From an uncultured Desulfospira sp. (GTDB lineage Bacteria; Desulfobacterota; Desulfobacteria; Desulfobacterales; Desulfobacteraceae), in NCBI GenBank assembly GCA_963663165.1, contig OY760175.1:480001-544000 (forward strand): a stretch of 64,000 nucleotides of DNA. Direction: 5' to 3'. Of this stretch, positions 18,194 through 27,094 are shown one piece after another. Position 1 is the first letter of the stretch. The number at the start of each line of letters is the position of its first letter. The notes under the pieces are model-generated. The model did not search any database, had not been told where the DNA came from, and saw only the letters and a list, made by a program, of their open reading frames with translations. Both the position numbers and the translations under genes were made by a program.

Positions 18194-19579
18194 TTAAATG
18201 GTGTCAATATATGATATTACCTCTTCATTGCCGGACAGGAACCGGTACAGGGTGGCCCGGCCCACGCCCAAAAGCCGTGCGGCTTTGGACTTGTTTCCCC
18301 CGGCCCTTTTCATGGCGGCCTTGACCGACTCCTCATCCAGTTTTCCCCGGGACGGTTTGGTTTCCAAAGCCACGGTTGGGGACTCGTATCGCATGATTAC
18401 GTTCTGGTCCCGGGTGATCTCAAGGGGCAGGTGGTCGGGCATGATTTTTTTCCCCCTGGATCTGACCATGGCAAACTGGATGGCGTTTTTCAGCTCCCTG
18501 ACATTGCCCGGCCATGAATAATCAAGCATGATATCAATGGCTTCATTTGAAATCTCAGGGGCTTTGTGGGGGCTGTCCACTTCAGCCTCTTTAAGAAAAT
18601 AAGCGGCCAGAAGGGGAATATCGGTTTTTCTTTTCCGCAGGGGCGGTAAATGAACCGGTATCACGTTAAGCCGGTAAAACAGGTCTTCCCTGAACCTGCC
18701 GGTTCGGACCTCTTCTTTCAGGTTTTTGTTGGTGGCACTGATAATCCGTGTATCCACATGAACCCGTTTTTCCCCGCCCACTTTTTCAAAGCTGCCTTCC
18801 TGTAAAAACCGTAACAGTTTGACCTGGGTCTGCAAGGGCAGTTCAGCCACCTCATCTAAAAACAGGGTGCCCTGGTGGGCCAGTTCAAACCGGCCTTTCC
18901 GTTCCCGGACCGCGCCGGAAAATGCCCCTTTGACATGGCCGAACAATTCACTTTCAACAATCCCCTCAGGGATGGCCCCGCAGTTGACCGGGACAAAGGC
19001 GCCCTTGCCAAAGGAACTGGTATCATGAATGGCGTTGGCCACCCGCTCTTTACCGGTGCCGGTTTCCCCTGAAACATGGACCGGGTAATTGTACAAGGCC
19101 ACATCCTGGATTTGCCTGAAAATTTCCTGCATGGCCTTGTCCTTACCGATAATGCCGGAAAATCCGGAAATGGATTCGGTTTTAAGGGAAAGGGCAAAAG
19201 GCTCTGTCATGTCCCTGAAGGAGGCAATTACCCCGGTAAGCTGCTTGTCTTGATTAAAAATAGGGGAAACCGTCATTTCCACCTGGCGGGTCTCCCCCTG
19301 TTTGGTGACAATACTTAACGGGTATTCCACCAGGTCAGTATGGAAAGTGGGCGGTCCGTCTGCAAATGAACACTTGCCCCCGCAAAACGGGGCTTCGAAA
19401 ACATCGTGGCAGTCTTTTCCAATGACCTCTTCTTTGGTATATCCGGTAATTTTCTCGGCTTCTTTATTGAAAACCGTGATAACCCGGCTTGTGGTATGGG
19501 CCATTATCCCTAAATGGATGTTGTCGAGAACCAGGCTTAAATTATTTCGATCAAGAACGGCTTTTTCAAATTCTTTCAT
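18194..19579 (-). CDS. PAS-domain sigma-54-dependent activator (bEBP)
   Basis: N-term PAS, GETGTGKE, ESELFGHVKGAFSGA, FREDLFYRLNV, WPGNVREL, Fis HTH. Confidence 0.95.
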   Translation of the reverse strand: MKEFEKAVLDRNNLSLVLDNIHLGIMAHTTSRVITVFNKEAEKITGYTKEEVIGKDCHDVFEAPFCGGKCSFADGPPTFHTDLVEYPLSIVTKQGETRQVEMTVSPIFNQDKQLTGVIASFRDMTEPFALSLKTESISGFSGIIGKDKAMQEIFRQIQDVALYNYPVHVSGETGTGKERVANAIHDTSSFGKGAFVPVNCGAIPEGIVESELFGHVKGAFSGAVRERKGRFELAHQGTLFLDEVAELPLQTQVKLLRFLQEGSFEKVGGEKRVHVDTRIISATNKNLKEEVRTGRFREDLFYRLNVIPVHLPPLRKRKTDIPLLAAYFLKEAEVDSPHKAPEISNEAIDIMLDYSWPGNVRELKNAIQFAMVRSRGKKIMPDHLPLEITRDQNVIMRYESPTVALETKPSRGKLDEESVKAAMKRAGGNKSKAARLLGVGRATLYRFLSGNEEVISYIDTI

Positions 19580-19870
19580 ATGGTATTTCCAGGAATCACA
19601 CCTGATTTCAAATCATGAATTTAAACTGGCAGGCGGATTTGCTTTGATAGTTGGAGACCGGGCAGGGGGTGCATCCCTGCATGGCCCGTAAAAAAAATGC
19701 CTGCCGGTTTAGTACTTGACACATTTGTGTATCAGATGCAATGATTTTTTGGAAAATTTGTGCGGGAAGACTGAAGGGGGTTGGGCTGAAGGCTGTCAGG
19801 GCAAAGAATCGCGCGCCTTTCATGGCTTTTGCGGTGTGGCTGGGGGCATGAGAGGGGGGGGAAGAAAAAT

Positions 19871-20089
19871 TTATTCCAGGACAATGCAGTGGCGGGGACA
19901 GTTGTTTACGGCTTCTCGAATATCCTTATCTTCGTAGTCATCAAGATCAAGAACATCAATGTAGCCGGCATCGTTGAGTTCAAAGGCATGGGGGGCAAGG
20001 TCCGTGCAGACGCCGCAAAGAATGCAGCACTCCATGTTTACAGCCAAGATTCTCGGGGCAGTGGCGGTTTCACTTTTCAGGCGGCTCAT
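19871..20089 (-). CDS. Single-cluster ferredoxin
   Basis: CILCGVC...AP..F...CP motif; likely ATG at 20089. Confidence 0.85.
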   Translation of the reverse strand: MSRLKSETATAPRILAVNMECCILCGVCTDLAPHAFELNDAGYIDVLDLDDYEDKDIREAVNNCPRHCIVLE

Positions 20090-20291
20090 TCCACCATCCT
20101 TTTTGAATATGCTTTTGCTTTTCTTTTTCGGCAAGCTCCAGGATCCGGTACCCCGAGTCCAGCAAAATTCCGTAAAGAATCCCGCAGCCCGGATCTTCCC
20201 TGTGTTCATCCCCAAGCTTTGCAAGATGAATCATTTTATGGGCCAATTCAATGGTTAGTTCAATGTTGGTATCGCATTTTTTTTCAAACAT
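20070..20291 (-). CDS. Small helical hypothetical protein (73 aa)
   Basis: DPGCGILYGILLDSGYRILELAEKEK; overlaps the ferredoxin start. Confidence 0.75.
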   Translation of the reverse strand: MFEKKCDTNIELTIELAHKMIHLAKLGDEHREDPGCGILYGILLDSGYRILELAEKEKQKHIQKGWWNEPPEK

Positions 20292-20409
20292 ACGGTAACA
20301 TGCTCTTTAAACTGATAATTTGTCACTTTGTTAATCGTTTAGGCGGCAAAACCCCATAACATAATGCCGGGACAGCCGGTTTCAATCCTGTTTTTAAGAT
20401 TTATTTTAT

Positions 20410-20424
20410 ACAATTAGCATGCCA
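20410..20424 (-). promoter_or_regulatory. Probable sigma-54 promoter for the hypothetical-ferredoxin pair
   Basis: TGGCATGCTAATTGT (one mismatch at -12). Confidence 0.5.
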
Positions 20425-20426
20425 GG

Positions 20427-20549
20427 CAAGAAACAAGAGACAAGAAACTGGAAACAAGAAACAAGCGGACAGAAAGTCCTTAACGCCTGATAGAACCCAA
20501 AAGAATCGCAGCATCCGGCCTCCCGTTTTCGGCCTCCGGTTTCCGTTCT
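20427..20549. repeat. Heptamer tandem arrays (CAAGAAA-like x6; CCGGYYT-like x5)
   Basis: CAAGAAA CAAGAGA CAAGAAA CTGGAAA CAAGAAA CAAGCGG (20427-20468); CCGGCCT CCCGTTT TCGGCCT CCGGTTT CCGTTCT (20515-20549). Confidence 0.7.
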
Positions 20550-20553
20550 ATAG

Positions 20554-20582
20554 TTGACAACCCCTACTTTGTGGCATAGATT
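20554..20582 (+). promoter_or_regulatory. sigma-70 promoter of the XRE-cysE-cysK operon
   Basis: TTGACA-N17-TAGATT. Confidence 0.55.
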
Positions 20583-20653
20583 CTGATGAGTAATTATGCA
20601 ATGCCGGCAACGGCATTGATGAATAGACAATTGAACATAATACCGGTATTTCC

Positions 20654-21040
20654 ATGGATGATATAAAATTTAAGCAGGTCCGGGCCAGGCTCAAAAAGAC
20701 CCAAAAGGAGATGGCACAGCTTTTAGGGGTGTCCATCAAGGCCGTTCACAGCTATGAACAGGGATGGCGCAAAATTCCCCACCATGTGGAGCGGCAGCTG
20801 TTGTTTCTTCTTTTTCGGACAAAAGGGCAGGGCGGCCAAACCAAATGCTGGGACATCATGGACTGTGACGAACAAAGCTGTCCGGCCAGGGAATTTGAAT
20901 CTGGCGACATGTGCTGGTTTGTCAACGGCACCATCTGCTCGGGAAGGCCCCATGGGACCTGGGATGAAAAAATGAGCGAGTGTGCGTCCTGTGAAGTATT
21001 TAAAAAGTGTTTCAGTGAAATAGGGGAGGATATCCAATGA
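20654..21040 (+). CDS. XRE-HTH regulator with a Cys-rich (two-CW-type) C-terminal domain
   Basis: TQKEMAQLLGVSIKAVHSYEQG; CW..C..CP...CW...C...CxxC. Confidence 0.85.
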   Translation: MDDIKFKQVRARLKKTQKEMAQLLGVSIKAVHSYEQGWRKIPHHVERQLLFLLFRTKGQGGQTKCWDIMDCDEQSCPAREFESGDMCWFVNGTICSGRPHGTWDEKMSECASCEVFKKCFSEIGEDIQ

Positions 21041-22005
21041 GTGAGACAGCCTTGTCCTGCCGGACACTGAATGATGGCAGGCCGGACCTTCGAAAACAGC
21101 TTCCGGGGACCATTCAGGACATCTTAACATCAATGGCGGATGATACCTGTTTTGCCCATATCGGGGATGAACCCATTCATTTTACCATTTCCGTCAGGGA
21201 CATGATTGAGCAGTTCAGACGGATTCTGTTTCCCGGTTATTTTTCCAAGGAAAAAATTGACCACGCCAATCTGGTCTATAGCATGGGGCAGGCGGCCTCC
21301 AAGCTGTATGATACCCTGTCTGAGCAGATCACCCATGTGCTGCGCCACGATTGTTTAAGGTATGACCGGCCCTGTACGGAGTGCGAGGTCAGAGGCGGTG
21401 AAACGGCCATGGCCCTGATCCGGCAGATACCGGAATTAAGGAAATCCCTGGCAGCCGATGTCAGGGCTGCCTATGACGGAGACCCGGCCGCCAAAAGCCA
21501 TGATGAAATCATTTTTTCTTATCCCGGGATTTATGCCATTACCGTATACCGGATTGCCCATATTCTTTATGCGCACGGGGTTCCCCAGCTTCCCCGGATC
21601 ATGAGTGAACATGCCCACAGCGTGACCGGGATTGACATTCACCCCGGGGCCGTCATTGGCGAGCGCTTTGTCATTGACCATGGCACCGGCCTGGTCATCG
21701 GAGAAACCAGCATCATCGGCAACAATGTGCGGATTTATCAGAACGTCACCATCGGGGCACTGTCCCTGCCGCCGGATGCCGGCAATAAGCTTCGGGGCGC
21801 CAAACGGCATCCCACCATTGAGGACGATGTCATTGTTTACTCCGGGGCCACCATTCTCGGCGGCGATACCATCATCGGGGCAAGGTCTGTGGTGGGCGGC
21901 AATGTCTGGCTGACCGAATCCATCCCGCCGGACACCAAGGTGTTTATGGAAACCCCGCGTCTGGTTTACAGAAAACATTCTCAAAAAAAAGGGGGCAAAC
22001 CATGA
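21037..22005 (+). CDS. cysE: Serine O-acetyltransferase
   Basis: GDPAA, SYPG, GIDIHPGA, IDHGTGLVIGET, KRHPTI. Confidence 0.95.
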   Translation: MSETALSCRTLNDGRPDLRKQLPGTIQDILTSMADDTCFAHIGDEPIHFTISVRDMIEQFRRILFPGYFSKEKIDHANLVYSMGQAASKLYDTLSEQITHVLRHDCLRYDRPCTECEVRGGETAMALIRQIPELRKSLAADVRAAYDGDPAAKSHDEIIFSYPGIYAITVYRIAHILYAHGVPQLPRIMSEHAHSVTGIDIHPGAVIGERFVIDHGTGLVIGETSIIGNNVRIYQNVTIGALSLPPDAGNKLRGAKRHPTIEDDVIVYSGATILGGDTIIGARSVVGGNVWLTESIPPDTKVFMETPRLVYRKHSQKKGGKP

Positions 22006-22925
22006 CCCTTTATCCGGACATCACCCGTACCTGCGGCCATACCCCTCTGGTTCACATCCGGACGGCCTCCCGACAAACAGGGGCGGTTATAATGGGGAAA
22101 CTTGAAACCTTCAACCCTACGGCCAGTGTCAAGGCAAGGGTGGGCGTGGCCATGATTGAACAGGGCATGGCGTCGGGAAAAATCAACCCGGATACCCTGA
22201 TTGTAGAGCCCACCAGCGGCAATACGGGTATTGCGTTGGCCTTTGCCGCAAAGGTGCGGGGGTTAAAGCTGGTGCTGACCATGCCCGAGACCATGAGCCG
22301 GGAGCGCCGGCTGCTCCTTGCTCATCTCGGGGCTGCTCTGGAATTGACCCCGGGGGATCAGGGCATGAAAGGGGCCATTGAAAAGGCACAGGATATTTTA
22401 TTGAGAACCCCCAATGCGTTTATGCCGGACCAGTTTTCCAATCCGGCCAATCCGGATATTCACCGTAAAACCACCGGGCCTGAAATCTGGGATGCCCTTA
22501 ACGGTAACATTGATATTTTTGTTGCCGGAGTCGGCACCGGGGGAACCATTACCGGTGTGGGGCAGTTTCTAAAACAAAAAAATCCCCAAATCAAAATCAT
22601 TGCGGTGGAACCGTCTGGGTCTCCGGTTCTTTCAGGCGGTAAGCCGGGACCCCACGCCATTCAGGGCATCGGTGCCGGTTTTATTCCGGCCAATCTGGAT
22701 CAGACGGTGCTGGACGAAGTGATTCAGGTTCAGGACAGCCAGGCCCTTGACGGGGCAAGACAGCTGGCCGCCAATGAGGGGATCCTGTGCGGCATTTCCT
22801 CAGGGGCTGCTTTTCATGCAGCAAAAACCGTGGGGGCGAGATCCGAAAATCAGGGTAAACAAATTGTTTTTGTGGTCTGTGATACGGGAGAACGGTATCT
22901 GAGTACGGATCTGTTCAAACACTAG
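22002..22925 (+). CDS. cysK: Cysteine synthase A
   Basis: NPTASVKAR (PLP Lys), EPTSGNTGIAL, GVGTGGT, IQGIGAGF, GERYLST. Confidence 0.96.
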   Translation: MTLYPDITRTCGHTPLVHIRTASRQTGAVIMGKLETFNPTASVKARVGVAMIEQGMASGKINPDTLIVEPTSGNTGIALAFAAKVRGLKLVLTMPETMSRERRLLLAHLGAALELTPGDQGMKGAIEKAQDILLRTPNAFMPDQFSNPANPDIHRKTTGPEIWDALNGNIDIFVAGVGTGGTITGVGQFLKQKNPQIKIIAVEPSGSPVLSGGKPGPHAIQGIGAGFIPANLDQTVLDEVIQVQDSQALDGARQLAANEGILCGISSGAAFHAAKTVGARSENQGKQIVFVVCDTGERYLSTDLFKH

Positions 22926-23269
22926 ACAAAAGGGGAGGGGCAGCCCGGCATAATATACTTACTGTCGATAACCTTTTGGCTGACATAGGTATCCAGAACC
23001 GCCAGGGCATTGCCGGTAATAAAAGGGACCAGGCAAATATCATGTTCTGTGATCAGGTCAGCCGGACCTGTTGAAATGGCGCCGCAGATCAAGGTGGAGA
23101 CCCCGGCTTGTTTGAGCATGTCAATCATATCGGCCGCAGGTTCCGGCCTGAAAGGCTTATATGTTTTGTTGACGATAGTACCGTCTTGAACCTCTGCAAT
23201 TAAAAGCGTGTTGGCAGCATCAAAAACAGGCGATATCCGATTACCCCATATGGTGACGGCCAGTTTCAC
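22922..23269 (-). CDS. NifB/NifX-family cluster-binding protein
   Basis: RISPVFDAA, GVSTLICGAIS, MPGC; GTG start after a GGAG RBS. Confidence 0.85.
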   Translation of the reverse strand: MKLAVTIWGNRISPVFDAANTLLIAEVQDGTIVNKTYKPFRPEPAADMIDMLKQAGVSTLICGAISTGPADLITEHDICLVPFITGNALAVLDTYVSQKVIDSKYIMPGCPSPFV

Positions 23270-23345
23270 AAAAAATTCTCCATATGCTTGAGTTCAACTT
23301 TAAGGGGAAGCCCCCTTTTTTAAAAAACCTTTCTAAAACCAATTC

Positions 23346-23361
23346 TGCAAGCCATGTGCCG
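23346..23361 (-). promoter_or_regulatory. sigma-54 promoter of the NifB/NifX-family gene
   Basis: CGGCACATGGCTTGCA; IHF-like TTTCAAGTTGTTA at ~23414; bEBP gene adjacent. Confidence 0.7.
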
Positions 23362-23525
23362 AACCCTGGCGGCAAATTCTGTTCATGGGGTGTTGTCTTG
23401 AATATGCATATAATTTCAAGTTGTTAAGCCATATCTGGCCGTAACGGCTTATGCCGGATCGTTATGGTTATAGTCGCAAGTTTAAGACCGATACCATAAA
23501 ACCGGTAGCAGATATACCTACCCCA

Positions 23526-24869
23526 TTAAACGGTCATGCCCAGTTTTTTAATCCTCCTGAACAGGGTGCTTTTATGAATGCCAAGATCCTTTGCTGCGGC
23601 ATTTTTGTTGTAATTGTTCCGGGTCAGGGCATCTAAAATGAGCTTGATCTGGGCTGATTTCACAGGATCTTTGGTCTGTTCTGAAGGACACACGGACTGC
23701 TGGGAAATAAACCCGGGCAGATGCTCTAATTTGATGGTTCCCTTGGTGCAAAGGACAAAGGCATGCTCAATAATGTTTTCAAGTTCACGGATATTGCCCG
23801 GAAAATCATGGGCCATAAACGTGGAAAGCACTTTCTGGTCAATTCCGCCAATATGCTTTCCCTGTCGCATGTTCATTTTGGAGATAAACCGGTCCACCAA
23901 AAGGGGGATATCCTCCATTCTTTCTTTTAAAGGGGGAAGGGTTAAACGGACCACATTGATCCGGTAATACAAGTCCTGGCGAAACCGTTTTTCTTCCATG
24001 AGCCGGGTCAGGTTTTTGTTGGTGGCGGCAATGATCCGGACATCGGTTCGTTCTTTGCTAAGCCCGCCTAAAGGGGTAAACTCCTGTTCCTGGAGAACCC
24101 GGAGCAGGCTGACCTGAAATGCCGGGCTGGTATCCCCGATCTCATCCAAGAAAATGGTTCCCCCGTCTGCTAAGGCAAACTGTCCGGGCTTATCCTTGAC
24201 TGCGTGGGTAAACGCCCCTTTTTTATATCCGAACAGCTCGGATTCCAGCAGGGTATCGGGCAGTGCCCCGCAGTTAATGGCGATAAAGGGTTTGTTTTTC
24301 CGGTGGCTGGTGTTGTGGATGGCCCGGGCCAAAAGCTCCTTTCCGGTGCCGGTTTCCCCCTCAATGATCACCGAAGAGTCGCTTTCTGACACCTGGGGCA
24401 GGATGGTGAAAATTTTTTTCATGGCACTGCTCTGGCTGATGATATCCCCTGCCTTGAAACTGCCGGACAGTTCCTTTCGAAGGGCTTCAACCAGGGTATG
24501 GTCCCGGAAGGTTTCCACGCCGCCGATGACCTCATCCTTTTCATCAATCAGGAGAGATGTGGAGGCGGTAATGGGAATTTTGTTTTTTTGGCTGTTAATG
24601 ATGTAGGCCGAGCTTGAAATAAACGGTTTGCCCTGTTCCATGGTTTTTTTCAAGGCACAGTCTTCTTCACACATATTGGACCGGAATACGTCCCAGCAGT
24701 GGCGGCCGATGGCCTCTTTTCTTGAAATGCCTGTGATTTCTTCAGCCGCCCGGTTAAACGAGGTAATTTCCCAGTTATAATTGATGGTGAACACCCCGTC
24801 TGAGATGGAATCGAGAATGACCTGGGTGGTGTCCCGGGTCAGGGGGCTGAAAGGTTGGTTATCGCTCAT
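23526..24869 (-). CDS. PAS-domain sigma-54-dependent activator
   Basis: PAS, GETGTGKE, ESELFGYKKGAFTHA, FRQDLYYRINV, FPGNIREL, Fis HTH. Confidence 0.95.
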   Translation of the reverse strand: MSDNQPFSPLTRDTTQVILDSISDGVFTINYNWEITSFNRAAEEITGISRKEAIGRHCWDVFRSNMCEEDCALKKTMEQGKPFISSSAYIINSQKNKIPITASTSLLIDEKDEVIGGVETFRDHTLVEALRKELSGSFKAGDIISQSSAMKKIFTILPQVSESDSSVIIEGETGTGKELLARAIHNTSHRKNKPFIAINCGALPDTLLESELFGYKKGAFTHAVKDKPGQFALADGGTIFLDEIGDTSPAFQVSLLRVLQEQEFTPLGGLSKERTDVRIIAATNKNLTRLMEEKRFRQDLYYRINVVRLTLPPLKERMEDIPLLVDRFISKMNMRQGKHIGGIDQKVLSTFMAHDFPGNIRELENIIEHAFVLCTKGTIKLEHLPGFISQQSVCPSEQTKDPVKSAQIKLILDALTRNNYNKNAAAKDLGIHKSTLFRRIKKLGMTV

Positions 24870-24984
24870 CTATGACATCTTTAACAAAGTTAACAATTAC
24901 CATGGGATTTATCAGAAAATTTGCAGAAATGCAATCCCGTAGCGTTTTTGCAATGGGGTAATCAGATAAACGGGTAAGTGAGCC

Positions 24985-25038
24985 AAAAAAACTTTAGGCT
25001 TGAAATGCCCTGGAGAAGGGATCCTCAAGCCTAAAGTT
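24985..25038 (-). terminator. Intrinsic terminator downstream of the malic enzyme gene
   Basis: 14-bp stem AACTTTAGGCTTGA/TCAAGCCTAAAGTT followed by a U-tract on the minus strand. Confidence 0.65.
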
Positions 25039-25055
25039 GAAACCTCAAATATTGT

Positions 25056-25083
25056 AAAGCTAATAGCTAATGGCTAACAGCTA
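25056..25083. repeat. Heptamer array, single arm (TAGCNRT family)
   Basis: AAAGCTA ATAGCTA ATGGCTA ACAGCTA abutting the stop codon. Confidence 0.75.
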
Positions 25084-26808
25084 TCAAAAATACACCGGAT
25101 TCCAGGCCATCTTATCAATCAGCGTGTTGAGTCTTTCCGGGTCATTTTCGTGTTTAAACTCGGAAAATGCGCAGTCGTTCTGTGTAACGCCGGCTTTGAT
25201 GGCTTCCTGCCCTACTTTTTTGGCCACATCCATGGACACTTCCCTGAGCTGGTCCAGGGGCGGGCACAGGATCCCGTCGGCAATATCCTGGTCACTGATA
25301 AATCCGGCCACCGCATGGGCTGCCGCTGAAAAGAATTCAGGCAGAACCTCTGTGGCGCCGGAAGCAACAATCCCTAACCCGACACCCGGGAATACGAAGG
25401 AGTTGTTCATCTGGCCGATCCGATAGGATTTGCCGTTATGTTCTACCGGGTCAAAGGGAGAGCCTGTGGCCACCAGGCCTTTGCCGTCAGTCCATTCATA
25501 AACATCCTTGGGCAGTGCTTCAGCCTTGGCGGTCGGATTGCTCAAGGGGAGAATCACGGGCCGGTCCGTATTCTGCCCAACGGCTTGAACGATGTCTTTG
25601 GTAAAGTATCCGGGCTGGCCGGAAGTGCCGATGAGGACCGTTACCTTTTCGTTTTTAATCAGATTTAAAAGGGTGTTGTCTTCAGGGGCCGTTAACCAGG
25701 AAAGGGTCTTGGGATCCTTGGCAAATTTAATTTTATAGGGCTCAAGATCCCGGTCCGATGTGACCACACCCCTGGAATCTAAGGTAAAGATTTTCTGGGT
25801 GGCCTCTTGTTGTGTCATTCCCTGGACCATAAGTTCGGTCATGATCTGCTCGGCAATGCCGATGCCGCCGGCGCCGGCGCCGTGAACCACGTATACCTGA
25901 TCCGTCATTTTTTCTTTTTTAACCTTCATGGCGGCCAGAATGCCGGCAAGGGCGATAGACCCGGTCCCCTGGATATCGTCATTAAAAGAGATCACCTCTT
26001 TGACATATTTATCCCTGACGGTAAAGGCGGTTTGCTTGGAAAAATCTTCCCACTGGCACAGGGCTTTGGGAAAGACTTTTTTAAATGCCACCACAAATTT
26101 TTCAACAAAGGCGTCGTATTCCGCCCCTTTGATCCTTTTTTGACGCCAGCCCAGGTAGCTGGGGTCTTCAAGCAGGTCCTGGTTGTCAGTTCCCACGTCC
26201 AGGGAGATGGGCAGACAATGCCATGGGGCAATGCCGGCACCCTGGGTATAGAGCATCAGTTTTCCAAGGCAGATGGGAATGCCGCCGGCGCCCTGGTCAC
26301 CAATGCCGAGAATTCCCTGGTTGTCCGTGACCACAGCTACCCGGATGTCTTTGTCTGAATAATTCCTAAGGATCTGTTCGGCCTGGTCAATATTGCCCGG
26401 ATAAAAGTGGATCCCGTTGGCCCGCCTGAACATGGCGGAATACTGCTGGCAGGCCAGCCCTACAGTGGGGGTATAGATAATGGGAAGGAACCTGATCACG
26501 TCGCTTGCCACCACGGCATGGGCCAGAACCACATTCCGGTCATACAGGCTTCGGATATAGATGTACCGTTCGATATCGTTTTCTTTTTTTCCAATAATGG
26601 AAAGGCTGGAGGTCACCTGATCCTCCAGGGTTTTGAACCTGGGGGGCAAGAACCCCTTCAGGTCAAGAGCCTGCCGCTCTTCTTCCGTAAATGCCGTACC
26701 TTTGCTGATATTATTGAACCTCAGGATATCCGCCCCTCTCAGGTTGATGGTTACCCCTGTGGTTTCGCCAAATTGCCCATACTCAAACTTGTAATGATTG
26801 CATTCCAT
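25084..26808 (-). CDS. maeA: NAD-dependent malic enzyme
   Basis: IYTPTVGLAC, ILGIGDQG, QWEDF, FNDDIQGTG, GAGAGGIG, LSNPT, GQMNNSFVFPG. Confidence 0.93.
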   Translation of the reverse strand: MECNHYKFEYGQFGETTGVTINLRGADILRFNNISKGTAFTEEERQALDLKGFLPPRFKTLEDQVTSSLSIIGKKENDIERYIYIRSLYDRNVVLAHAVVASDVIRFLPIIYTPTVGLACQQYSAMFRRANGIHFYPGNIDQAEQILRNYSDKDIRVAVVTDNQGILGIGDQGAGGIPICLGKLMLYTQGAGIAPWHCLPISLDVGTDNQDLLEDPSYLGWRQKRIKGAEYDAFVEKFVVAFKKVFPKALCQWEDFSKQTAFTVRDKYVKEVISFNDDIQGTGSIALAGILAAMKVKKEKMTDQVYVVHGAGAGGIGIAEQIMTELMVQGMTQQEATQKIFTLDSRGVVTSDRDLEPYKIKFAKDPKTLSWLTAPEDNTLLNLIKNEKVTVLIGTSGQPGYFTKDIVQAVGQNTDRPVILPLSNPTAKAEALPKDVYEWTDGKGLVATGSPFDPVEHNGKSYRIGQMNNSFVFPGVGLGIVASGATEVLPEFFSAAAHAVAGFISDQDIADGILCPPLDQLREVSMDVAKKVGQEAIKAGVTQNDCAFSEFKHENDPERLNTLIDKMAWNPVYF

Positions 26809-27042
26809 TTTTCGGATATTTCCCCATATAAAAAGGTTAAAAACGTAAAGGATTTATATAATATTTTAAAAACAGGATCAATCAAATATTTCATGTTATA
26901 TTTCATGAAATGTGGTGTATCTTTTAGAATATGAATATTATGGCAGAAAATAATTAAAAAATATTGCAAAAAATCAATTTGGCAGCGTGAAGTACCTAAA
27001 AATTGCAGATGGGGGTAAGGGAAGAGGGCTCTTTGGAGAATG

Positions 27043-27077
27043 AAAAATAAAGGCCGGGGGCATGTGACCCCGGCCTT
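27043..27077 (-). terminator. Intrinsic terminator of acnA
   Basis: AAGGCCGGGG/CCCCGGCCTT stem plus a U-rich tail on the minus strand. Confidence 0.7.
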
Positions 27078-27094
27078 ATGAGGGGTACTTAATT

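Noticed and set aside
19627..19642. sigma-54 promoter TGGCAGGCGGATTTGC
   Set aside because: GG-to-GC spacing is 11 rather than 10, and the sequence is part of a hairpin arm.
22922..23269. Nitrogen-fixation locus
   Set aside because: Lone NifB/NifX-family domain with no nifHDK or nifEN in the window.
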